A stretch of 64,000 nucleotides of DNA from Raillietiella orientalis (Eukaryota), in the NCBI GenBank assembly GCA_036172245.1, contig JAYWIR010000038.1, positions 1,674,001-1,738,000 on the forward strand, given 5' to 3'. Within the stretch, counting starts at the first letter, position 1; every line of letters starts with the position of its first letter. Made by a program: the position numbers and the translations under genes. Of the stretch, positions 22,177 to 34,100 are shown one piece after another. The notes beneath the pieces are model-generated. The model did no database searches. It was not told the origin of the DNA and saw only the letters and a program-made list of their open reading frames with translations.

Positions 22177-25100
22177 TCAGCCGTGGTCCTTTTTCCAGTG
22201 ATGGCTTTTGCGACGTTTCCTCCTGCTCTCCTTGACAAATATCACATTTCCGGGATCACTAACTAAGAAAGGGAATTTCTGAATGCTCTGCGCACTAACA
22301 CCAGTGTATCCGGCTACTCGGCCTGTGGTTAGCAGCTCGTTTTTCTCCTCTTCAGACCATTCCTGGTGTGAATACAGTCCCTCTCTGGCCAACAGCTTTT
22401 CCCTGGACCAAGCACTCTCGATGGATGCTTGCAGTGCACTGCGCAACAGCTTTTGCCTTTCCGATTGGATATCGTCCGAATATATCACCACAAAGATGGC
22501 ATCGCCCGACTGAATCTGCAGAGCATCCGCGCCATCTTGGCGCAACTTTGTAAAATTCATGAGACCGCCGAGGCGATGCAGGTTCTCAAGATCGTCGGCA
22601 TGGCGCCGCGCTTCACTGTTGACGAAATAAAACACTTCCTTTTCTTGAGAAACCGTGCGTATGTCCAAGAAGTGCGAACCGTTCAAAAGCGAGATGATCA
22701 CGTCTTTGAGGATAGGGTTCACGCCTTCCGTGCTGACAACAAGTGCTTTGCTGTTCACCTCGGACACTAGGATCCCCGACCCGAAACCCACGACTTTCGT
22801 GGAAATCCTGGGGATCAGGTTCCACCTTCGGAAGTCCTTGGAGATCTTGGAACGGCACAGCGAGCTTAGGTCGGCGAACTCCTCGTTCAAGGTCATCACA
22901 ACGCTCTTGAGTCCCGACTGCACCTCGAAGGGGACGCGCAGTGTATGCGGGATGGCGTGCAGCCTATCGGTCTGCAGCTGTGAAACCTGGCTCTCCAGGT
23001 ACAGGGAGCCCAGCATGTCCTTCGTATCGTATCCCCTGAGCTTCAACCAGCTCCCGATACCTGCAATTGAACCCCCCCGTTTCGAGACGGCGCGCTTCCA
23101 AGTGTGGACGAACCTGTCATGTGGGCACTTTCCGGAAGAGGGGACGTGTTGATGGGATCGTTGCCGGCGAACCTGTACAGGTGAACTCCCTGGAGCTCGT
23201 AAGGATCGTTTAGCACCTCCATCCAGTTGGGTACCAAGTACTGGACAGTGAGCGGGTCGAACACCTTCGACTTGCTGAAGTACAGAGTGGTTTGGGCATC
23301 GTAGATGAAGCCGCGGTAGCCAATGGGAAGCAGGGAGTTGGAGTCGCCGACGGGTTGACCGAAGGGAGTGTAGCGTAGATGGCTGACGACGTTTCCGTCC
23401 GCGTCGAACAGGAACAGTGGGGTGCCCAGATGGTCGCTGGCGACGGCAAGGAACTCGTTCCCCTCGTGGGCCTCCAGCAGACGCCCGTGCAAGTCGTAGA
23501 CGAGGAAGAGAGTGCGATTACTGGGCACCCAATGCACGTGGGTGACGCGGTAGGGATTCCTGGGATCGGCGTAAAAGAATTGGGTGGCATTGCCGCGGTC
23601 GTCGTTCCAATACAGCAGTCGGTTCCTGTAGTCGTACCCGAACCACTTCCTGTACTTGTTGTGCTCGTAGGCGTGTATCAACTGGTTCCTGGCGTTGTAC
23701 TGCAGCTTCGCTTCGCCCCTGCGCACGACCCGCCCGCTGGCGTCATACGCGTACAGTTCCACCTCCCCGTATGCCAGAAGGCGGTCGTACATGTAGTCGT
23801 ACCCGAGAGAGATCGGCTGGCTCCTCCCTTCCTGGATGGACGCGAGATTCCCGTTCCTGTCGTACTCGTACCTCCACGCCTGGTCGCCGTCCCGGGAGAC
23901 CGAGGCCAGCGAGGAGGACTTGGTGTACGTGAACTCCTCCAGAGTGGCTCGCGAGTGCGGAGGCGAATCCGCGTCCGACGTCGTTGCCATCCTCCGGGAA
24001 AGCAAGCGGCCGAAGGAGTCGCGCCGTAGCTGCTGGGAGAAGACGGTCCTGCCTTTGACGCTCAGCTCGGAGGAGCTCTGCCGGCCGTACGCGTCCGACA
24101 CGAGGACGAGGCTGAGCTGCCTGCGGTCGTCCTGCAGCACGGTGACGTTGGTGGCGGCGCGGACGACGCGCACGTCGGCGAGCTCCTGCAGGGAGCCCGT
24201 GATCGGGTGGTACGTGAAGTTGACGAGCCTGCCGGCGGACGACGACGACGGCGGCGGGAAGCCTTCGATGGTGACCTCGACGCTCCTGGGACGCGCGTTC
24301 CCGTCGTAGAGGTACCGGAAGGACGCGCCGCGGAGTGCAGGAGGTCCCTCGAACTGGATCCGGAAGTCGGTCAGCAGGCCCGCCGTGTGTCGGTACGCGT
24401 AGTGGCACTGCACGGGACCGCCTCCGTCGTGGGTAATGCCGCTCAGCAGGTTGGTGGCCGCGTGGTAGTTGAACTGGAGCCTCCCCGGGCCGAAGAACAC
24501 CTCTCGGACGAGGGACGCGTTGTCGTACAGCAGGCTGACGCGCTCCCCGGACTGGGTGGAGACGCCGCGCAGGAGGCCACGGTCGTCGTACCAGAGCGAG
24601 AACGGGCGCAAGTGCCCCGGGGGACAGTACAGGAACCGGTAAAGGCCCAGTGACACCTTGACGAGGAACTCATGGACGAAGCCGGCGGGCGTGGTGATGG
24701 CAGACAGCGCCCCGCTGTCGTCGTAGGTCAGCGTGTAGGACTGGCCGTCGGGTCGCGAGAACTTCTCAGCCTGGCGTGGGGGGTGGAAAGGGGGAACGAA
24801 ACGGTGAGGCGCTCCTTGGGGAAGGGGGAGGGGGTGAAATGGGAGAATCGCTCACCCTGTCGCTAGAAGGATCGCGGAACACGTACGACAGCAGGAGACC
24901 TTCGGAGAGGTTGACCTCGGTCAGCCGGCCGGACCTGTCGTAGGAGTAGGTCTCGCTGGCACTCCCGCGGCGCCACTCCGCCATCCGGCCGTAGGGGTTG
25001 TAGCTGACGACCACCTCGTGGAGTTCGTCCCCGGAGCGCCACCTCACGGGCTTGCTGGCGTCGTCGTAGGAAACGTTGAGCAGTTCGCGCCCTCCGTCGG

Positions 25101-28100
25101 CGGCGCGCGCAGCCTCCGAGGACGTGGTCAGGTCGTACTCGACATCCAGAACGTTCTCCCCGTTGACCCGCATGCTGCGGCCGACGTCCACGACGCGGCG
25201 ACCACGGCCCTTCCCTTCCTTCCTCAGGAAGTAACGCCATTCGAAACGGTTCACCAGCTCCCCGGACACCTCGGCCAGCTGTCGGCTGGGCACCGGGAAG
25301 CGCTCACTCAGCGCCGGGTGCATCTCTCCGGCGACGGCGTCCGGAACGGTCTCAATGCGCACGACCTGGCCCCAAGGCCTCTCGACGTTTGTGCTGTCGT
25401 CCTGCCTCAGGAAGGAATACGTGTGCTCGGCGGCCCCTGGAACGGAAGTGTCGGTGAGAGGGTGGGCAAGCCGGCCCTTCTCTCCCGCGAACCTCGCGTC
25501 TCCCTCACGGAGTTCCCGTCGACCAGCAGGCTGACGAAGCCCATCGACTCGGAGCCGCTCGTCACGTACGACCCCTTGGCGCTGAGGTCCCACGACAGGG
25601 CGATGGACTGACCAGTGGGCGTGACGAAGGACGTCAGCCGTCCGTTGCCGTCGTACACATATTTGTACACCGTCCCCGAGCTGTCCTTCCTCGATTCCAG
25701 CAGTCCCGAGGTCCCGTAGTAGTCGAAGTGCACGCGGTGCCTCTCCGGGGTCACCAGCTCCTGCAGCATCCGCTTGGTGCGCGACATGACCACCAGCAGC
25801 TTCTGGTTGCGGAAGTTCTCGATCGAGGTCACCTGGTTCGCGTAGTCCCGAAGGATGGACACCTTGTTGCCCGACGCGTCGGTCACCGAACTCAGTTGCC
25901 CCGAACTCGTGTTCACGGTGTACGTGAAGCGGTACAGGGGCTTCCCCGAGGTGATGTCCCTCGTGGTCACGTGCTGTCCGAAGCGGTTGAATACGTACAC
26001 CTGCTTGGCGGTCGGGTCGGGGACCTCGTACTCGGCCGGCAGGTGCAGCAGGGAGAGCCCCGACGCCACGGCGAACACGCGGTTGTTGCCCTGGTCGCAC
26101 ACGTAAAGCGTGCCGTCGGGGGTCACCGTCAGCGACGTGATGGCGCTGAACCGAGCGTCCGGTGCACGAAAGTGATTCTCCTGGAAGCACACGCAGCCGG
26201 GATCCTTCTGGCAGTTGCAGCGGTTCTCGCCGCCGGCGAAGTCCCTGATCTTGCCGTCGCTGCCGATGGCGCGCACCCGATTCGACCGTTCCCGGTCGCT
26301 CTCGGCGACGTACAGGTCGCCGCTCGGAGAGAAAGCCAGCGCCTGGGGGGAAAGCAGCGGCGCGTGGATGGCGACCTGCGGGTCCGCGGACGGCGACAGC
26401 GGACAGTGGATGGGATGGCCCGCCACCAGCTTGACCTTCTTCCGGCCCGCCACCAGCTTGAACACGTGCGCCGTGTCCAGGAAGTACAGCGCGTCTTCCA
26501 GGGGGTTCACGGCCAGGTCGGTGGGCCACCGCAGCTCGAACTGGGAACAGCGGGCGGTGCCCGGACGGCGGATGCACCCTCCGACGACTCACCTCACTGC
26601 TGTCGAACAGCGTCGCGCAGGGCATCGGCGTCCATGGGCCGCGCTGTAGGTGGTTCCCCACCACCGTCACCACGATCCCGTCACGGTCCACCACGCGGAT
26701 GTTGGTGGCGTCCGCGAAGTACAGGCTATTCGACGAGGACACCGCCATCCCCTTCGGGTAGCTCAGCTTGGCATCCCTTGCCGGGCCGCCGTCCCCGCAC
26801 GCGCCCGCGTCCCCGGGCAGGCACCGCTGCCCGCTGCCGCCCACCGCCGCCTCCAGGTTGTCCTCCGCGTCGGCCGGGTCCGTGGGGTTGCGCACGCGGA
26901 AGATGCCGGGCGCCTCGGGCATCGACACGAACACCGACCCGTCGATCGGGCTCACCGCCACGTAGTAGTGGTGCGACGTCTTGTGGTCCCTGGGACACCG
27001 CGCCAGTGCAGGGGACGGGGAAGGGGCACATGGCGTTTGCACTCACCTGAACTTTACCACCGTCCTCACCGACCCATCCACGCGGATCCTCCGGATCAGG
27101 TTGAAGTCGGCCACGTACACGCTGCCGTCCGGCGCCGCCGCCACCCCGTGCGCCGCCAACAGCTGCTGCTGGCCCGCGGACGCGCCCTCGCACGGGCCGG
27201 ACGACCGGTTGCCGGACGCCACCTTCTCCAGGCACTCCCGAGATCTCTGGTGGCCGTCGCCCATGGCCGTCAGCACGATTCGCGGCTTCTGCTTCAGGTA
27301 GATGTTTCCGCCGTCGCCTCTGTGCACGATCCCTGAGGGGGGAAAGGACGTGGGGAAAGACGACGGACCACGCGACGCCCCTTTCCGCCCACCTACACCT
27401 CCTCACTCTCCCGAGCGCCTCACCTTCGTGGAAGTTGAACCGGTGGTGGATATCCAGGTTCCAGCCTCCGATCTCCGAGATGCTCATGTCCTGGGCGCTA
27501 ACCTTGGTCGTCTGCACGTCCCACATGATGGCGCCGCACCCGTCGTACTGGTAGCCCACCTTCACGGTCGCCGTCGTGACGCCGTACACGCGCTGGCTGC
27601 AGAGGGCATTCCAGCCGACCCTTTCTTTCTCGCGTCCCTCCCCGTCCCTGACCTGTACACGTTGTAGCGGTCCCAGGCGTACGTGAACTTGAGGTTGGGG
27701 TCCGCTTCGAGGATCTTCTCGAAGAGCACCCCCTCTATGGAGACGGACAGGTGCACCTGGCGAAGAGACTCCGGGATCGCGGGAGGCGTGAGCTGCAGGC
27801 GGATCGTGGACTTGTAACCTTCCGCCCTCGAGCTGTGGTACACGATGCGTATCTCGGTTCCGGGAATCTCCAAGCTCTCTTGGACCACCTGGGACTCCAT
27901 GAGGATGCCGCTCTTGCTGGCGTCTCCCCTCTGGAAGATGTGTTTCAGAGTCGACAAGACGACGGGTTTCATGAGATCGTAATCGTGATCCGGACAGTGA
28001 TCGGCGGCTTCTTCCAGAGCTTCGTCCGACCCGGTCATGCCGATGACGACGGGATCGATGACGACCACCTGCAATTCCGCGGGGTTTGCAGGTTCGGTTG

Positions 28101-31100
28101 GCGTTCCCCTTCCCCTGCGCGCTCCACCCCGCTTTCCCGCGCGCGCTCCGCCCCGCCTCACCTCGCTCCACGGAACGAACACGGCCCGGCGCTGGTTTTT
28201 GAACGGCACTCGGCCGAAGGACAAGGTGACCACTCCGCCTCCGTTAACGAGCAGGTCGAACCAGCCATCTGATCTCGTCAGCGTGAAGCCTTCGTGACGG
28301 TTGGAGGTGCTCACTCTCACGCTGACCAGTCCGGTCTTGGAGATGCTGCTCAGGACTCTTCCTCGTATCACAGACACACGGCTAGGTGGACAAGCACGGA
28401 GAGAAGGGTGCAGGGATAAAAACAAAGAAGGAAAATAAGGGAGCGGAGACAACCCAGACTGCAGCGGAGGAGGAGGAAGAGGTCTGAATGCCATCGGCAG
28501 ACACTCTGGGAGGAAGGATACGAAAAATCCGTTGCGGATCGTATCCTTCCTCTCTGGACTGCTTGCAGACGTCCCTGACCTAGCCCCCACAACATTATGC
28601 TTGCACACGAAGGGAAACCACGCAGGCACGCTCGACAGAGAGAACACAAAGATGATCCGCTGATGCCGAGCTCAACTGCAGAGGATTCGTTACATAGAGG
28701 CCAACTTACCTTGCATTGAATGAGTTCCAGAATGTGCTGATCAGCATGAAAGAAAGTAAAGTAACACATGAGTTCATTGAATTTGACAACACGAAAAGGC
28801 ACTCTCTGGCGCACCATGCAAACACGGTAAAAAGCTTTTCTAAGGAGGAGGGAAGGAACGGACGGGTAACTGTACTCCGGCGGAGTGCAGGGGCAAGTTT
28901 CATCCCACATTTCCAGTTCTTCGAGCAGCCACCACTGCAGCAATGACATATGAAAGGCGTAGAGCTCGGATTTCGATTGAGCGCAGTTTCCGAGGGAAGC
29001 ACGGAGAACGAGAAACTGCGCTGAATGCCGATGCAAGATCACGCGTGACGGGGGCAGCAACGATCGGGTCATCCGGTTCGCCATACAAAGCAAAATACAA
29101 AAAGTAGCAATGTACACCCGTACGCAATTAGTTGCGGCGCCGTGCATCCAGAGATGCTGCTGAAATTTTCGAGTCTCTACAGCTGGTTCGTCCTTTTTAA
29201 GAGAGCTGCTGAGAAGTCATCACCTCAACTGGGCAACCGCCATGTGCTTCTCGGAAACCGTGGCATAGAAGAACAACATCCGAGCGCAACCAAACGTCGC
29301 TGAGTACCATCACCAGGTACCAGGAACCATCTCTGAGATCTATTGCTCTGCATTTCAGGCGCCGCACCTTTCGTTTTCTCAGCGAGCCATCCTCCCGTCA
29401 TATCGTTGTTTCTACAGACGACGGAAAAGTTTGTGAACGCCAGGCCTCCCTTCTCGTGAAAGGAGGTGGGGCTTTCCCGATCAAACCTGATGCTGAGGAC
29501 AAGGAAGGGAACGTAGGGGCGCGGTGCCACTTCCGAGTCCAATCGCCACGTCGCGGAAGCGACTGCAAAGAGAGGGAGCGAGCGAGCAGCAGGTGCTTTC
29601 GGACACCCTGCCGTAAGTCCCTTACGTTCTCTTGGCAACGTGTGACGGTGGGAAATTTCCGATGGAGGTCTGAGACAGAAGGGACGCAGAACAGGGATAC
29701 AAGGCTGCTTCTGTTCGCAAAGGAGTCACTTCCTGCCTGTTGACGAGCACCTCCGGAAGGCTGGACATCCTCCGCAACAAGGGTTTCGGAGGTGCCAGGG
29801 AACCGGAGAAAGCCCCACAAAGACCAGCTTCCAGCGACTCACTTCCAGAGGAAGGCGCGTTTCCTCCACTACCGGCTACCCGACTTTTCGCACGCGTTCA
29901 CCGAAGAGTTCGGCCCCGGGCTGATTCTAATGCGTACACGCAGATGCCTTTTCCAAGACCCACGGGCCGCTACAGAAGGTCCGGGAAGTTTCGAGCCAGA
30001 GCGAGACAACGTGATCCGCTACGGATTTCCATCGAGATGAACGCACCATCTTCGGTAATTCCATGGCAGACAACGGAACGCATTAATTACCGATGCTGTC
30101 ATCTCGCCGGTGACAAATCTGATCTCGATTGCATCCGTATCTGTCAGTGTGCTGCAAACACGCGGGCGCAACTGCTCGTCCTGCTCTTCCTCTTCGTCCC
30201 TGCTGTTACTCAAACACACGATGGAGTCTCTCGAGGCGGAAAGTCGCTTGTGCAAACACATCCTTCTTTCACACATTCGGAAGCTGGGAGTGGACACGCG
30301 CGGCAGTAAAAACAACAACAAAAAAAGGTCCGGCTACTCTCCGAGCCAATTGGCAGTAAAAATTACCACAGCAGTCACACACATAGAGGTCTCCAGCGGC
30401 AGCAGTGACACGCAGCGCCCAGAGGTGCCACCACCTTATTCCGTTAGTGCACAATCCTCGGTCATCGCCTTGGGCGCTTTCGAATGCTGCTTCCGAAAGG
30501 GAGGTTCCCACGCATCAAAGGGGGGCGTTTCCATCACGCATTAATTGTGATTGTACAAGCTCAGTGCATTGGCTGTACCACACCCTGCGCTCATCTGCCC
30601 CAGGGGGGACGCGTCTCCGTTGCGCACGGATCCAGTTGATGAAAACGCCGGCCGAAATCTTTCCGACAGAAGGTCGCACCGCTTCACTGAAGGGGGGCTT
30701 CATTTTTTTGCAGGTGCCAACCCGAAACCCCGCGTTCCGTTCTTGCCCTCCCTCATCTCCTCCCCCCGCGGTGAAGAAGTCTCTCCAGCTCCCCGTTCTC
30801 ATGGCGCGGCTTGGGAAGGAAATGAGAAATGAAGCCCTTACGACCACACAGACGTTGACGCAGGATGGCTGTATGCGCATGGCTGTGGAGTTTCCGGTTA
30901 CGGATCCAAAGATTCGGCAAAACCTACGCTGTCTTCATTTCATTCGCCCACTGTGTTAACATGCAGCCTGCAGTCACGTGTTTACTACAAGCAAAATACC
31001 CGTCGGAGCGAGATACGGGGTTGGGTTACAACCAATCTGGCACCTGTGCTGCTGCGGGACACGGCATTGGGACATCTGTGGAGGCGTTCCGTGCCGGCAA

Positions 31101-34100
31101 AGGCAGCACCCTCCTCCACTTCCCATCTCCTTCGAGACGCGCATGCTCGCTCACAACCTCGGCCGAGGGAACGCATCGCATCCTCCAGCACGAAATGGAG
31201 CGCTCCCTACCTATGTGCCATACACCGCCTTTGACACCTTGCGGTGGCTTTTCGTCAGTCCGTACCAGAAACGAGGGAAACTGCGTTGTCGAGGTTCTTC
31301 CCACGTGCCGAAAATCACGCGATTGAAAGACGCGACCTTTTCTTGCATCCGCAACAAGCAGCAAATTAAGAACGCTTGGTGCGCAGGCTGGAACATGGAT
31401 GGGGCACCCAACATACCCGGAGGAGTATAGAAATCCGAACAGCCGAATCCCGAATAGTTGGGGTTGGAGGAGCCAATACGCAAAGACCTGTAGGGCAAGC
31501 TGAATGAAAGAAGACCGGCGGGAGCGCCCGCTAGTGCTTGGAAGAACTCGACGTCGGTACCGAAGAGCGGCAGCAGAGCGGCACGCCTCGCGTCGCGAGG
31601 ATTCCGTTGCCGGAGTCCCGAGTGACTGCTCACTGCATGCGCTTCCCGGGAAAGCGAAGCCGAACTCTTGAGACGCCTGGAAGGCGTGCCTGAAAGCGAG
31701 ATCCCGCGTTCTCTGACTGCCTCAGATTCCCTACAACAGCTTCCAGAGCTGTGTCCCCCACCACGACTCGCAGCAGCACACGCACGGATACTCCGACTTT
31801 CGGTCGTTGCTTTGTGCGTGTGTTGCAGAAAGGAAACGTCCTTGGCTAATTGAAGGCGAAAAAACTGCTAATACTCGCACCGAGTGCATCGTACCGGAGA
31901 GGATGATGCCGAAGCTGGCGGTACAGCACGAGGGAGGAGGAGGCGTCACAGCAGAAGCTGCACCAGAAGCACATGTTTTCAATGTCTTTCCGCTGCCATG
32001 CACCGAGTGCCGCGAGGAAACGCATGCGCGGAAACGACAAGAGAAAACGAAAGCCAGCAGCAGCAGCAGCAGCCTGGCGTTCGGCTCGGCTGTTCACCGA
32101 GACGGGACGCGAAGCGCAGATGTCTCCTGGGCCCAGGGTCCAATCTGCTGCCTCCTCCCCCCGGGGCGCACGAAAACACACATGACGCATCACGCGTGCC
32201 TGCACCCGCCAGCGATCCGCGCGCGTGGTTCCGGCGCGTGCACGCACACACGCTAGCAGAGTATCCGCGCCCTCTTCCTCCTGCGCCCGCGATCCGCACC
32301 TGCGCGCGGTTTGGGTGCTCCATTGCGTTTGCGCGGCACCTCCGTGCGGCTCGCCTCATTCGTGAGGGGCAGGGGGGGGTGGCACGAAAAGAGGCACGGT
32401 GGCCGGCAGATGAAAAAGAGGGCGCTCGTGCGGGCTGACCGTCAAAGAGTGCGCGAGCTGCAGATGGCTTGCGGCGACTCGGGTCGGGTGCCTTCCTACC
32501 GGAGGGGGCGCCATTTCGGCGGAGACATCGCGATCTCAGGTCTCGCAAGGGGTGGGGCCCGACAGTAAGAAAAGGCTGAGGTTGTGAGCGAGCATGCGCG
32601 TCTCGAGGGAGATGGGAAGTGGAGGAGGGGAAGCATCGCGCGAGGCTAACCTCCTGCCTTTTTGAAGCTGCGTGGACTGCGGCAAGCAGCGAATCGCCGC
32701 AGCAGTGCCGGAGGTACCGAAGAGGGTCAGGGAGAGGAGGGCAAAATGGGGGAAGGAGGGGTAGGGATCGGTGCAACCGAAGGCGCGTTTGTATGAGACA
32801 CGTTCTGCTTTCTAGGTGAGGGAGGAGAGGCAGAGCACGATGGTGTGACAACCACGCAGACACGCACACGCACCGTCCCCATGTCGGGGACTCCCTCGAG
32901 GGACCTGCAGCTTGGTTTCCCTTCCCCCCTTACCTCTCGTTGAAGGCCTCCCCCTTGGCGTAGCTCTGCAGGCTGCCTTCCTCGATTAAGAAGTGCATCT
33001 TCTGGAAGAAGGACGCGGTAGATGCTGGAGGCTGCTTGCGCAAGAGGATGTCGATGGGGTCGGCCGACGACGCGCACAAATGGTGTCCGCGGCAGGCCGC
33101 CTCTAGACAGCACTCGGGATCCTCGCAGTCCACCAGTTTATCTGCAGACGGGGAGGGGAACGGTTTTTGGCTGAGGAACACAGACGAGGGAAGGAAAAGG
33201 CAGGAGCACTAACCGTGGTCGTTGTCCCGGTTATCCGAGCAGTCCTTCTCCAAGGCGACGGAGCAGTCCGCTCCATCCCAGGCTTTTTCGCACCGGCAAG
33301 ACCAGTCGTCCTTCTCCTGGACGCAGTGGCCGTGCGAGCTGCATCCCTGGGGGCATCCTTCCAGAGAGCAGTGTTTCCCGTTCCACCCTTTCGCGCAGAG
33401 GCAGGTTCCGTTCTTGCACTGGCCGTGCTCCGCGCACCTCCGGTCGCACAACCTTTCCTCGCACCTCGCCCCGGCCCACCCGGGCTCGCACCGGCACATC
33501 CCGTCTTCGCACCTGCCGTTAGTCCCGCAGTCGATCCGGCAGAGCTCTGGGCCACAAAGATGGGACGTCGTGCGTGTGCCTCTCCCGCCCCACCCCCCTT
33601 CCTCCCTCTCCTACCGATGGAGCAATCCGCCCCGGTCCAGCCGGGTTCGCAGACGCAAGCCGCGCTCCCGATGTCGAAACGCCCGTGTCCGGAGCACTGA
33701 GGGAGGCAGTGGAACACGTCGCCATCCGGGAGGCCGCAGTCGTCGCCTTTCCAGCCGCTCTGGCACACGCAGGAACTCTGCACGCAGAACCCATGACCGG
33801 AGCAGACGGGGTCGCTGCAATCCACTGCATCGCCCAGGAGGCACGTTTCAGTGCGAGAATCGCGCGAAGGGAGAGCCGCCTGCCTACCTTCCTCGCAGAA
33901 CTTTCCCTTGAAGCCGCGGGCGCAGTGGCACTTGCCCTGCTGGCAGGACCCGTGACCGGAGCAGCTGGGCACCTCGCATTCGTCATGGCGCAGGTTGCAC
34001 TCCTTACCCTTCCAGCCGGGGTTGCAGATGCACTCTCCGGAGGTGTACTCCCCGTTCCCGCTGCAAAGCACGGGGCACATCCCTGCGGAGGAGGAAGGCA

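Noticed and set aside
22177..25500. YD/RHS repeats and Tox-GHH-like end suggesting a bacterial toxin or contamination
   Set aside because: These are the normal teneurin C-terminal domains and are interrupted by spliceosomal introns.
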